A stretch of DNA of 64,000 bases from positions 1,550,001-1,614,000 of the forward strand of contig OX337237.1 in assembly GCA_946965045.2 (NCBI GenBank), read 5' to 3'. This stretch comes from Epithemia pelagica. Its lineage: Eukaryota > Protista > Bacillariophyta. Below are positions 10,393-21,367 of this stretch, piece by piece. Positions within the stretch are counted from its first letter, which is position 1. Every line of letters starts with the position of its first letter. A model generated the notes under the pieces. It was not told the origin of the DNA, made no database searches, and worked only from the letters and a program-made list of their open reading frames with translations. The translations under genes and the position numbers were made by a program.

Positions 10393-11501
10393 GAACAGGA
10401 TGTTCATAGAACGATGGAAGTGAGTTTGGACATGAGACCCAACTGGATACAAACGGTTTTGTGAGGCCATGGACAAGCGAGTTAGCTCAGATTTTTGTTA
10501 TAGATGTGGTTGACTTTACTTTCCTCTCGGTAGCCCCATGTTGTCTATTGGACAAGTTCATGTAGGTTCAAAATTTCGAGGTTTCAATCATCAACGGTTT
10601 CCAACGGGTCATCAGGACACACGAGAACACGGCGAGAAAGGGGTGGATCCATAACTTGGAACTTAACCACAAAAGAGCTACTAGCATATCTTCGGTAACC
10701 ACTGAGGCTCGTTCAATCCCCAGACAAAGTCTTACATCCGTGGAATTGATTCAAACACTTGTTCCAGCAACATAGAATTTGCATCAGAAATGCGGAACAT
10801 TTGAATCGAGTTGAGATAGTGTGCGTTGGTGCGCAACCAAAACAATGCTCTAGTCTCTAGTCTCTATTGTAATGAATGTCTTGTTCTTCTGAAATTACTC
10901 CTACTGGTATACTGAGTGCTGAGATAGGTCAACCGGCGCAAATGACTTGCGAGATTCGAGTCATGGATCGTGTCCAAGACAACGACAGATTGCAAGAGGT
11001 ATGAGGTTAACTAAATTTGAAACTTACGCTAGCTAGGAGGTAGACCATGTTCCGCCTCCTCCTCCAGGAAGGCGCTTGAAATAAGTAACATTGAGATGAA
11101 CTTGTTCTGGAAGTCATGATTTGGTATCTCACCACTTCCATTGACTCCCACTTGGAGACAGTGCTAGCTAGGCATAGAGCACATACTGAGGACACGCCAC
11201 CTGTTTCTTTTGGTAGCCACTTCTAAGCCTTACTTCTACGCGGCTGAATCATCATCGATACTGCCTCTTCCAACTTTGGCCCCACAAAGTACTCCTACAC
11301 GGGAGACATCTTCGCTTGGGGGATCTTGGTCTTGCTTGTTGTTTGTGTGTGTCAAGTGTGACAAGTCACAACTTTCTCTATCTTCTCCCTTGGACGATCG
11401 GGACTAGAAGTGACTCGCATATACTGATGAAACATCGCGAACAGAACCTCAGTTTCGAACGATCACAATTCACAAATATTGAGAGGAGAGAAACAACAAA
11501 A

Positions 11502-12383
11502 ATGGCCGATCCATACGCCCGCACCGAGGCCAACCGTCCGGAAAGGATGGAAAACGCATTCAACAAATTGAAGAACTCGCTTTACAGAGGAACCTTTGTC
11601 ATGTTGTACAACATGACAATGGAGCAGCTCCATTCGCGTTATGCGAATCAAACGAACCTGACTGATAGAAGCCATGCGCGCTTCAAGGATCGTCTTGAAA
11701 ACATTCTACAAGCCGTCACAGACGAGGAGGCACAGACTATTGAGGAGCAACTCGAAGACTTGGCAAAATCACGCATGACATATCAAGAATTCGTTGGGAA
11801 AGATGGCGTCAAGCAGAATCTTAGTGAATTGGTTGAAAACACATGCTACCGCCTGGGATTCTGCTTTACCACAGCATCGGTCATGGACGAGAGAGGCAGG
11901 ATCCAAACTACAGGGGCGTCACCATCCAACTCACCACCAACTGACCGTGGATCACGAAGGGAAACCGAACGTCGAGCAGCAAACGAGCCGGACGAAACTG
12001 TTGAGCCTGTTGCAATCTCGGCCAATCGAAATGATGCGGTAAATGAGGAGGAAGACAATCCTGACGAAGAAGTGACGAGTGCGACCGCCGAAGTCGACGG
12101 TACTCATAATGATTCTCCTGGTACTGAAGATGGGAACGAGGAGGACAATGTCGATGATCCTGAACAGGAACACGCGGAGGATGACGACGAGAATGAACCA
12201 GCGGCTGCAATGATTCCTCAAGATGCATCCCGCGAACAGGAAGCAGGTCGCGTCACCACTCCAACAATCATAGGAGAGACCGAAGGTAACACCGGTGAAG
12301 CGGCAATTGCAGCCAACAACGATGAGGGAGATGTGGACTCACGAGAAGCGCAACCAGCCTCAAAGAAGATGCGTCTTGCGTAG
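11502..12383 (+). CDS. Hypothetical 293-aa protein with acidic tail and C-terminal KKMRLA; distant member of the same family
   Basis: SHARFKDRLENILQAVTDEEAQTIEEQLEDLAKSRMTYQEF aligns to SRCSFRTDLSKLLSMAQVGKSNSIRERLEWFQQKDMSYQDF. Alternative ATG at 11427. Confidence 0.75.
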   Translation: MADPYARTEANRPERMENAFNKLKNSLYRGTFVMLYNMTMEQLHSRYANQTNLTDRSHARFKDRLENILQAVTDEEAQTIEEQLEDLAKSRMTYQEFVGKDGVKQNLSELVENTCYRLGFCFTTASVMDERGRIQTTGASPSNSPPTDRGSRRETERRAANEPDETVEPVAISANRNDAVNEEEDNPDEEVTSATAEVDGTHNDSPGTEDGNEEDNVDDPEQEHAEDDDENEPAAAMIPQDASREQEAGRVTTPTIIGETEGNTGEAAIAANNDEGDVDSREAQPASKKMRLA

Positions 12384-12487
12384 ACGGGAGCAACTACACT
12401 TAATACGATCCGGGAATAAGTAGAAAAGTAACTTGGATACGATGAATCACCACTTTCGTTGCTGTCAAGAATTGCCCTGGTTTATAG

Positions 12488-15463
12488 TCATACTTGTCCC
12501 AAACTGCCCTCATCAAACGGACTTTCTTTCAGGTCTAACTGTGATTCCACTTGAGCTGCCATGGCCTGTCTCCACGCCTCAAAGCTGGCATAGTCCGGAC
12601 TAAGCGCTTTGTCCTCGTTACAACATAACTCTCGAAATCTAATCAACCCTTCGTCACACGATTCCTCTACAACATATCGTATTGGTGGACGTGAGGGATA
12701 ACTTGATTGCGCAAAGTCAATGGCACTTTGCAATCCTGGACCCACGTTGCTCCTCCCTTGACTTGGTTTTGGAAGCTGAACTCTGATAGTACCGCTTCCG
12801 CTTGACATTACCAGGCTTGCGTCAACCACCAACAATTCTCGAGGACTATCCACAAAGAAAAACAGTCCGTCATTTGGAACGGTCGCGCAATCCTGAACGG
12901 CCCACCCAATCGCGTCATTCCGTAATTCAATGAGTTCTACCAAAGGTTCCAGCTCATCAGCGGCACCACTTGTATCGGTTCGACGACTCTGGATGTCCTG
13001 CGCCGAAGTGGCACCCCACAGCTGAAGCCGGGGCGCAATACAGCGGGTCAGCGAGTCAGGTGGCATGCTCGAAAGTTGCGAGAGTGCGGCAAATCGATCG
13101 TCCAAAGACAAATCGGAAAATACATCACTCTGCAATAACATGAAGATCATGAGTGACATATTTTGTAAATGCGCATGACCCTTGCCGAGAAGTATCTCAG
13201 TTTTCGAAAGTTCTCCGTTCCGGTTCAGCAGTCGCTCCGAGGCAACAAACAGATTATTGTCTTCACTCGCATCGGGCATTGACGGTAAAAGACCATTTCT
13301 CTGCTTTTCTTGAAGTTCCTCGTCCTTTTGTTGCGCAGATCGGTACGCACACACCAGAAGAGCTTGTAGCCATTCTTCGGCAATTGGCTGGGCCTCTTGC
13401 ACGCCATCTTGCAAGGAGGCCAATGCCAATTTGTGGAAAAGAACAATTGCCATCGCCTCCGGATCCAAACTATTGTATATAGCTTCTGTATCACTGGCCA
13501 AATGAGGTAACCCAACGGGCTGACTCGAGATCCGCATACGACGAACCGTGTAAGCTCGTCCGTCCTCCAGGGTTTCAATGGTCGTGTACGCGCAACAAGT
13601 CTGTACAACTGGTTTTGTAACGACATTGCCCAAGTGTTCCACATAAAACTCGTTCGGTACTATCGATTGTGTCACTTGCAAATCGACAGAAAACGTCGAG
13701 TATTGATCGCACGAAGCGGTCTTCCACAAGTTTGATTCTTCTTCTGCAAACGCTGGTCCAGTCAGACCGGCTTCATTGTACAGTTCGAACAAGGGCATGT
13801 CACTATCAGCTGATACAGTGCTGGTGTTGGCATCCACACCAAATCCAGGCGATATACGCAAGCGCAATTCCACTCCAAATGCTCGTCCGTTGCTCCATGG
13901 TTCACGACTCTTCCACTCTGACTGTACCTCATTCCACGCTGACGGAATGGGATACACTGCAGTTCCGTGACCTCCAGTCTTGATCAATCCTGACATTAGG
14001 ACCAGACCAAACTCGCGCATATCTTGTTCATCTTCACAGGCAATGCCCATAATGTCAACAGCGAGGGCAGCGTCGACGCACTGACGGCCGAGATCGGAAT
14101 AATATGACATCCATTCAACGGAGGCACCATTGGGGTACCTATCCTCCAATGCCTCTGGTGACCAATCACTTGCAAGGATATTGTCTCTATCTGTTTCAGA
14201 ATTGGAACTTGTAGGGCATGAAGATATCGTTTCAGACAAGGCTCGGCCGCCAAATACCCCTCTTGTAGCTGGGGATACGGGTAGACGATCACCATAATTA
14301 GAATGATTCGTCATGGAAGTGCCATCGACTCGCGTGCACTGGTGCATTGGTGGTCCTCCGAGAAGCACCGACACTTGAGCCCCGGCATAGGGAAATGGAT
14401 GTTGATGGGTTGTGGCTGACAAGGGAACCTTGCTAGAATCGCCAACGTTATGCCCATACTGCAAAAGAGCCTCGGAAATATTGGAGAGAATCCATCCCAG
14501 TTGCATCCCTGACGAGGTACTTTTCGAACGACCATTTGGATGAGAACCATTTGAGGGCATATCGTAGGAAGTCACAACAGGAACCTCATCACTCATTTTG
14601 CCATGATCTTGATAAGAGGCATAGTCCAATAAAGATCGCAACATTGTTTTCGTGTGGGCCATATGAACTTCATCCATCGGAACCAATGAGTCAAACAATC
14701 GTTCCATTAACAATGGACTTTGCAACGGATATTGCTGCAAGTGCGGAACAGGAGAGTCGAGTTGAAAGATGCGACAGTCTTGGTCTGAAACCAGTACGAT
14801 ACTCAAGTGTACATGGCTTGGTATGTTATTATTGATGCTGCTCATCAACAACTCATGGACGGTTCGCCAATAGCTCGAATCGGTCGCTGTCGCATCCAAC
14901 ACAACAAACCAGAGGAGAGGACAAGCCATGGCTGGTAATTCATAAATTGCGGCTCGACCATGCGACTGCTGGGATGGAGGAGCAGAAGAATTTGAAGAGG
15001 ACTTTGGCAACACGGAAGAATAGCCAAGGGGAAGTGCCACGATGCTAGTATCATTGGAACTTTTGGCCGCTCGACCAGCCGAGAAGCTGATATCCGTTAC
15101 ATCTTCTTCTTGTTTCCACCGTGCTGCTTGCTGTTGCTCCAAGGTCGCACTGGAAACCTTGCCACAGAGGTAGCAAAGCAAAAACGTCGGTGCCGAAAAG
15201 GTTTCAATCGCAGAGTTCATCCGTCCACTACTACTCGGGTGATAATGAGTTTGTCGGGTGGGCTGCGGTGCTCCACAATGCAAGCATTTGGGAATCATGG
15301 ACAGCGGAGGTGGCAAAGCCGTGGTAGTTGTTGTCGGCGCAAACGAAGCCGGATGTGGGCTAGCCAAGGGCTGCAGGGCGACGGCCAGAGGAAGACTGGT
15401 TTCATCCCAGAGATCGGAAGATGAAGGGAAATGACCAACTACTGTCCGGATTGGAAGCGCCAT
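12488..15463 (-). CDS. Sec23/Sec24-family COPII coat-like protein
   Basis: N-terminal CLHC...CYLC zinc finger, vWA/trunk FVVLDAT, beta-sandwich ELRLRISPGF...VVQTCCAYT...RRMRI, helical domain LDPEAMAIVLFHK, in the expected order. Confidence 0.8.
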   Translation of the reverse strand: MALPIRTVVGHFPSSSDLWDETSLPLAVALQPLASPHPASFAPTTTTTALPPPLSMIPKCLHCGAPQPTRQTHYHPSSSGRMNSAIETFSAPTFLLCYLCGKVSSATLEQQQAARWKQEEDVTDISFSAGRAAKSSNDTSIVALPLGYSSVLPKSSSNSSAPPSQQSHGRAAIYELPAMACPLLWFVVLDATATDSSYWRTVHELLMSSINNNIPSHVHLSIVLVSDQDCRIFQLDSPVPHLQQYPLQSPLLMERLFDSLVPMDEVHMAHTKTMLRSLLDYASYQDHGKMSDEVPVVTSYDMPSNGSHPNGRSKSTSSGMQLGWILSNISEALLQYGHNVGDSSKVPLSATTHQHPFPYAGAQVSVLLGGPPMHQCTRVDGTSMTNHSNYGDRLPVSPATRGVFGGRALSETISSCPTSSNSETDRDNILASDWSPEALEDRYPNGASVEWMSYYSDLGRQCVDAALAVDIMGIACEDEQDMREFGLVLMSGLIKTGGHGTAVYPIPSAWNEVQSEWKSREPWSNGRAFGVELRLRISPGFGVDANTSTVSADSDMPLFELYNEAGLTGPAFAEEESNLWKTASCDQYSTFSVDLQVTQSIVPNEFYVEHLGNVVTKPVVQTCCAYTTIETLEDGRAYTVRRMRISSQPVGLPHLASDTEAIYNSLDPEAMAIVLFHKLALASLQDGVQEAQPIAEEWLQALLVCAYRSAQQKDEELQEKQRNGLLPSMPDASEDNNLFVASERLLNRNGELSKTEILLGKGHAHLQNMSLMIFMLLQSDVFSDLSLDDRFAALSQLSSMPPDSLTRCIAPRLQLWGATSAQDIQSRRTDTSGAADELEPLVELIELRNDAIGWAVQDCATVPNDGLFFFVDSPRELLVVDASLVMSSGSGTIRVQLPKPSQGRSNVGPGLQSAIDFAQSSYPSRPPIRYVVEESCDEGLIRFRELCCNEDKALSPDYASFEAWRQAMAAQVESQLDLKESPFDEGSLGQV

Positions 15464-16231
15464 GACTATCAAATTGTTCTATTTGACGGTGATTTGATGC
15501 AATAATAAAGGTTTGGCATTGGCAATTGGCAACGTCGCAAGCGCCAAATGGTTACCCTTTGCCGTTTGCCGTTGGCAAAATGACCTTTGAGCGACCCAAA
15601 AGCGAGTCAGTGGGTCGAATCAAGATGGCTCGGGAATCGGAAATGAAGTTGATCTGGAGGACCAAGATGCAAGCCCTATTGAACAAAAGGGGTAACGTGG
15701 TGATATGCATGCCTCTCAGTTTGACTGCCGACAGGTCCGATGTCCGAGTTCCAGTGGGGCCGTCCACTGCCTTGTCTAAGGAGGTAATAAGTTTTTCAAG
15801 TGGGACGGGACAAGAAACATTCCAAGCACTCTCCTGTATTGTTATGACCGAAAAGTATGCTATTAGGCCAATGGAATAACACATTTACGAGTCACAAAAA
15901 TCGAGGCAGAAACCAGAAGAGGTTGGGTTCCTCCTCAAGTCTTTCTCTCTCGTCACCCTATCAGTGCCGACATGATTTTGGTGAACTCCTCTGTATCACA
16001 CACTTCGAAAGAGAAATCAGTTAGCTTTTGACAAGATGCGTGTCAAGGGGGAGCACAAAGAAGCGCTTTCAAAAGGAAATCCGTCATTGCGACATGCTAC
16101 TTGGGCCTCCGAATTTGACTCCAAGGAGCATCGGCTCTCCTTAGCAGCCCTCTCCCATCGGAAGCCCCTGATCCGACCCGAGAGCGATTGCGACCACATC
16201 AATCACTTCGCAGTACAACGCGGACGTCGAC

Positions 16232-19200
16232 TCAACAATGAGAATCGACCGAAACGGTTGTCCTTGTTTCCACATCATTGAACCGTTGACGAGCTAGAAG
16301 GTGTGATCCACCATCAGAGCTCTTCAAACCCGATAAATCCACCAATTGGCCGCTGTATTTTGCCAGGAGTTGGTCCGCCTTTGCCTTTGCTCCCCAAGCT
16401 TTGTATAATGTCCAGGACCTTGTGAGATATGTGCTAGCCCAATACAGATCTCTCTTCCTGAGAAAGTACAATCCCGCAAGTTCATTTCCAACAGCCTAGA
16501 GTCCTGGCAAGTGAGATGCAATAATTTGACTTCCTCGAATGGATAAACTCAGCTTACCTGTATGTTTGTAAAACCAAGCCGACCAGCTGCAGATATTCCC
16601 TTGTCATACGCCTCTCGCACAGAGTGTTGTCGTCTGCTCAGAGAATAGAGTTCCGCTTTCAGAAGCAGGGCAAGGTGGTACACATTCACGCATTTCTTTC
16701 GAAGCATTCGATCCAACTGTCGCAGATATCTCCTTCCTTCTACCAAGAAAAGAGAAGCCCTTCCACAGGCAGATCTTCTTGCCCACTCGCAAGCAATTAG
16801 TCCTTGAAAGAAAAGACGAACTGGTAGTATGTAGGTCGGCCCCTCATGCATCGCAGAGTAAAGCTTTCGTGACATCGACAGTGCAAGATCCATATCGCCA
16901 AACAAGAAACCAAGAATCATGCGAAAAAGGCGTACAAACCCCATTGCTCGGTCATTCTGGTGAAGTTTATACCTGTTAAAACTGGCATCTTGATCCTCAA
17001 TTATTTCGCCTGACAATACGGTAGGGTCTTTACTGCGTCCCATGAGGTTGAGTACGTACTGAACTGGAACCTCACAAAGTTCAGTATAATGGGAGAGTTT
17101 AAGGCCGCATATCATACTATGCATTTTCGTGGCATCCTTTGACAAAGGCACAAGTGTAAGGCCAGACATCAAATAAAGTAATGTGTACGTTGTGAAGACA
17201 ATGCACAGTGAGGAAGCATGCCCTCTGTCCATGACTATGCGTTTTGCTTCTATGACCATATCCAGTGCTTTCGATATGGGATGCTTCCAATGAGTACAAA
17301 AGAAACCTGCGGCCGCAAAAACTTTAGCCCGACTCAATGAATCGACTTTTTCAGCCATTTTAGTAGCAGTTTGGGCCATCCGTTCTTCACCATCATAATC
17401 ACCAATGGAAGCCAGCATTACAGCACAAGATGTCAACGCAGATGGAGCATGTTCCGTGAACCCATACTTTAACGTCAATCTTGTCGAATGAAGTGAAGCC
17501 AACATTTGCGCTAGGTCGGCTATAGAAAGACCCATCTCAAAGAGAGCAAAGCAGAAATCCAACGCAGTAACGACGTTTGGGTCTTGAACGTCTGGTAAAC
17601 CTAGGAGCATGTCTTCTGAAAGGGAAGAAACTGCATCTCGGAAAAGTACCCAAACCGAATTCTTGAATATGGATAGTTTCACCAACAGTTTATTTTCAGG
17701 AATCGCAAAGCCCAGATCTCGAAGAACAGAGGTTGCGAAATGACGGGCGTCCTGACGCCTGTCAAGTTGGTACAGAGCAAAAAACTTGAACAGAAGTATA
17801 GGGCAAGTCTCTTGGAATGTCCTTGACATGGCTCCAACAGAGTCCACTTCCTTGCAACATTGCTCCATTTCCCCACTGCAATAAAGCACCTCCACGTAGA
17901 AGTTCGACAGCTTCAACATTAAATCGTATTCTCTTGTCCAGCCGCCTATCTTTTCGACCATGACCATCGCAGTCTCAATGTATCCCTTTGCCGGATTAAG
18001 TGCCATTTTCTTTAATGAAATTTGTGATGCTCGAAAATTCAAATCGACAAGTTGGAGAATTTCTCTTTCATTGGTGGTCGGCGATTTTCCAGCATTCATG
18101 TGATCAGTGGCAAGCAGCACAAGACTATCACGTTCATTGCCAAGATCAATATTTTCTTCCGCATCAACTATACTGAGCAGAGCCTGTCCAAGAGAACGAT
18201 AGAAGTCAGGACCCCTCTCGCCTTTTAGAGACCTCGCTGTCTCGCGAATTCGATCATGCGTAAACTTGTATTCGAATTCTCCAATTTTTTCCAGCATGCC
18301 TTCTGAGACGGCATCTCCTAGAAGAGATTGCAGTTGACTAAGATTGTTTTCGGGAGGTTCAATGTTCTCATGAGCGCCGAAGCCATGTGATTCTCGTAAT
18401 CTATCAAGAATCCTGACGTTGAAGCGAGAAGGACCTATACATGCGGCCACCGATAGAGCAGCTTTCAATGCATCAGGAAGATCAGACAATCTACCAGCAA
18501 TGACGTTCACAATGGTTTCATGCGTTGAAGTCTCCATCACGACGGATTCATGGTCCCACTCCCAACAAAGCCGACTGGTTGAGTAGTATATGAGTGTCTT
18601 CTTCTCTAGCATAGCCAGGAACTGAATAAGAAACATCGCATTGCCATTAGTTCTTCGATGTAAGACTTGAGCCAAAACCTTGCAGTCATCACAAGAGCGT
18701 CGTGTCAGGTAAGCTGTTATTTCCGCAACTGCTTTCACTTCTAAATTGGTGATCTCGATCGTTCTTGGAGTGGCAAATTCAAGCAGCCTGTCCATGTCCC
18801 TCCTATTTTCCGGCTGTGGACGATAGGCAGCCACAAACACAAGACTGGGCGACTGTTGATCCACTAGTGATGGCTCTATAAGTGACCAGTAGTCCGTCTT
18901 TGCCCAATGAACATCATCTTGCATAATCACAACAAGTCGATCGTTTGAGACTATGCGAAATAACGATCTCAGTGCAAGCCCTAACTGCTGAAACATGCGA
19001 AGGGAAGAGGAGAGCTCATTTCGTGAAACGTTTCTCCGGTCTCTGTGAGCAAGGTCGTGACTTTCTTTCATTTCTTCACTTGTTGGACCGTCAATCTCAT
19101 TATCTTGAGATATCACTTCATTTGATGCGAGCTTCTTGCTGCAGATTGTATATATTCGCGGACAAATCAATGAGAGCACATTCAATTGTTGATTGGAAAG

Positions 19201-19569
19201 ACCGTTTTCGATTTCTCCAGGCAAGCATGATTCATGATCTTTCAGAATCTGTGTTATCAGGTCCGACAACGCGTCTGCCAAGGCCAAAAATGGATCATCT
19301 ATAAACTCTTCGTGCTTTCCAGTAAGACAAAATGCGTCTGCGGAGAGTACCTTGTCACGAAGGGCTTGCAGCAAACTTGACTTTCCTGAACCTGACTGCC
19401 CTTTCAACAGAAGAACCCGGCGTTCTAAGGTATGGCTGAACACGGTGTCTTCCAGGATTTTCAACTCCTCTCGTCTTCCGCACACAGAGGTAAGGAAGCT
19501 GTCAAAGTAGCCAACCAGTAAATCAGCTCTGTGGACCAGGACGAACAGTCGCAAGAAACCGGAGCGCAT
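16232..19569 (-). CDS. STAND-class P-loop NTPase (COG3899-like 'predicted ATPase') with helical/TPR-like C-terminus; intron 16496-16557
   Basis: GRREELKIL, Walker A GQSGSGKS, Walker B IMQDDVHW, TNGNAMFLIQFL, YKFTHDRIRE. Removing the 62-bp GT-AG intron gives GFTNIQ-AVGNELAG...YKAWGAKAKADQL. 5' end unresolved (see findings). Confidence 0.85.
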
Positions 19570-20926
19570 TGGAATGTGTAATATGAGCAACCTCCTTGAT
19601 CGGACGATCCAGTGCCCAGGCTAAATAGGACACGGCACCCGTTGTTCCCCCCACTAAATTGTCGGTCGCATGCAAGTCGGATTCGGCCAACAATCGATCC
19701 AAGGGAACTGTTCGAATGGCTTGGATTCCTTGACGCCTTGATTTCTCCGACGAACACATGGCATAGTTGATGCTGTGCGAAAACCCAAAATAGAGCAGCG
19801 GCCGCGGTAACGTCAATATTTTGTTCGATTGATCTCCATTGTCTCCTTTATTCACAACGGACGCAGTATCCGCAGACCTGTCAGTATCTATGTCTTGCTG
19901 TTCTTGTTCTTTCTTCTTGTTCTTCCATTTGCTCCGACTTTTATTTGGTATACCGTGATAGAACTCGTTTTCCCATTTCAACAGTTGTTGCACCTGATGA
20001 GAAGTACCCGAAAAGGAATGTAGCGCAATCGCAGGTGGGAACAAGGATTTACGATGTTGTTTGTCGGTGACGGAAGAGGAGAGATCATCATGGTTGTTTC
20101 GTTCACTTTTTGTTTTTCGTTTGTCATCCTTCCACTCTGGGGGAAGTAAATTTTGTAGACATTCCATCAAAACTCCCTGTTGCTGTACACAATGCACACT
20201 GACTGGACGCTGATACTGAGCGGCCAGTTTCAGTTGCTGTACAAAGACGTGCCGTTGCAATTCCAGAGCCTGCTGTTTGGTCAAGCCTTCAGAGGCAGGG
20301 AATCGTACTAATTTGGCCATTTTGCAAAGACCAATTTCTCCGACCATTATACCTGCATGTTGTTGTAAATGCCTCTCCAATCGGTCCAACCAGGAATTGT
20401 CTGTCATCGAGAAGCCGTGCAAGTACCAAGGGTGAACTCCCAAGGCTGCCATTCGGTACTTGGAGCGAGATGCGTACTCTAAACAGTCTTCCCAATCAGA
20501 TTCTTGGACTGCGCAAGTAAGGCAAAGGATAGTTTTGGTCTCGCGAAGGTCGTCCTCTCGATCAGTTGCACTATCAACGGAGCATACCAAAGATGGATCA
20601 TTTTCGATTCGATACAGTTCTTGAGACTCTCGTTCTAAATGTGTGTGTCCGTGAGTGTCAACCAGAAGGGATGCGCATGAGTTTCCTTCTGCTCCCTGTG
20701 AATTGAGAGCATACCATGCCGATTGTGGAGAAAGAGGACCGTCGTCGGACAACGACGGTTGTCCCTCTTCGTGTTTCACGGCGAGTTCTGATGAAATAGT
20801 ACGAGCGGCGCCCGTTCCAAACTCTCCATCAGCTCCATCTGTCTCTGCCTGACTCTTTGGTAAGAACAAATCATCTGGAAGAAACGTACAGCAAGGACAT
20901 GATGGACCTTTGTCGTTCAACAACAT
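19523..20926 (-). CDS. TatD-family metallo-DNase
   Basis: VDTHGH, LGVHPWY, VGEIGL, SVHCV, LHSFSG and LLAESD motifs in order. Confidence 0.92.
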   Translation of the reverse strand: MLLNDKGPSCPCCTFLPDDLFLPKSQAETDGADGEFGTGAARTISSELAVKHEEGQPSLSDDGPLSPQSAWYALNSQGAEGNSCASLLVDTHGHTHLERESQELYRIENDPSLVCSVDSATDREDDLRETKTILCLTCAVQESDWEDCLEYASRSKYRMAALGVHPWYLHGFSMTDNSWLDRLERHLQQHAGIMVGEIGLCKMAKLVRFPASEGLTKQQALELQRHVFVQQLKLAAQYQRPVSVHCVQQQGVLMECLQNLLPPEWKDDKRKTKSERNNHDDLSSSVTDKQHRKSLFPPAIALHSFSGTSHQVQQLLKWENEFYHGIPNKSRSKWKNKKKEQEQQDIDTDRSADTASVVNKGDNGDQSNKILTLPRPLLYFGFSHSINYAMCSSEKSRRQGIQAIRTVPLDRLLAESDLHATDNLVGGTTGAVSYLAWALDRPIKEVAHITHSNALRFLATVRPGPQS

Positions 20927-21367
20927 CACTGTTTCGATTATGTTTTTTTGGGGTGGGGATCAAAATGTCATAGCGTATGGGGGTGTGTGTAAGAAGGGGT
21001 GTGAATTTTCTACGGCTATCGACCCAGGGGAGACTACTCCCAAGCGAGGGTGAGTCATGAGATTCCGTGACTCGCCCCTTTGTGTGAATTCGTATACTCA
21101 ATGCACACAAGATCTTAGTCAATCATTACGCCTATTCTCCGCTTGGGGGTACAGGGGTAACCAAAAAGTTTGATTGTGCGACCGATCAAAGCTCGCGTAG
21201 TAACGGTAACCGTTAAGAGATATCATGATAAAACTTAGCGTGATGGCACACCACAGCCCTCCATCACAACAACAGACGACCGAAGTCCACACGAGAAGTC
21301 GTTCAACCTTGCTGTTCTGCTTCCGGTAGTGAATTTGTCTCTTAACTGGTGTGGTGGCTGTTACACC

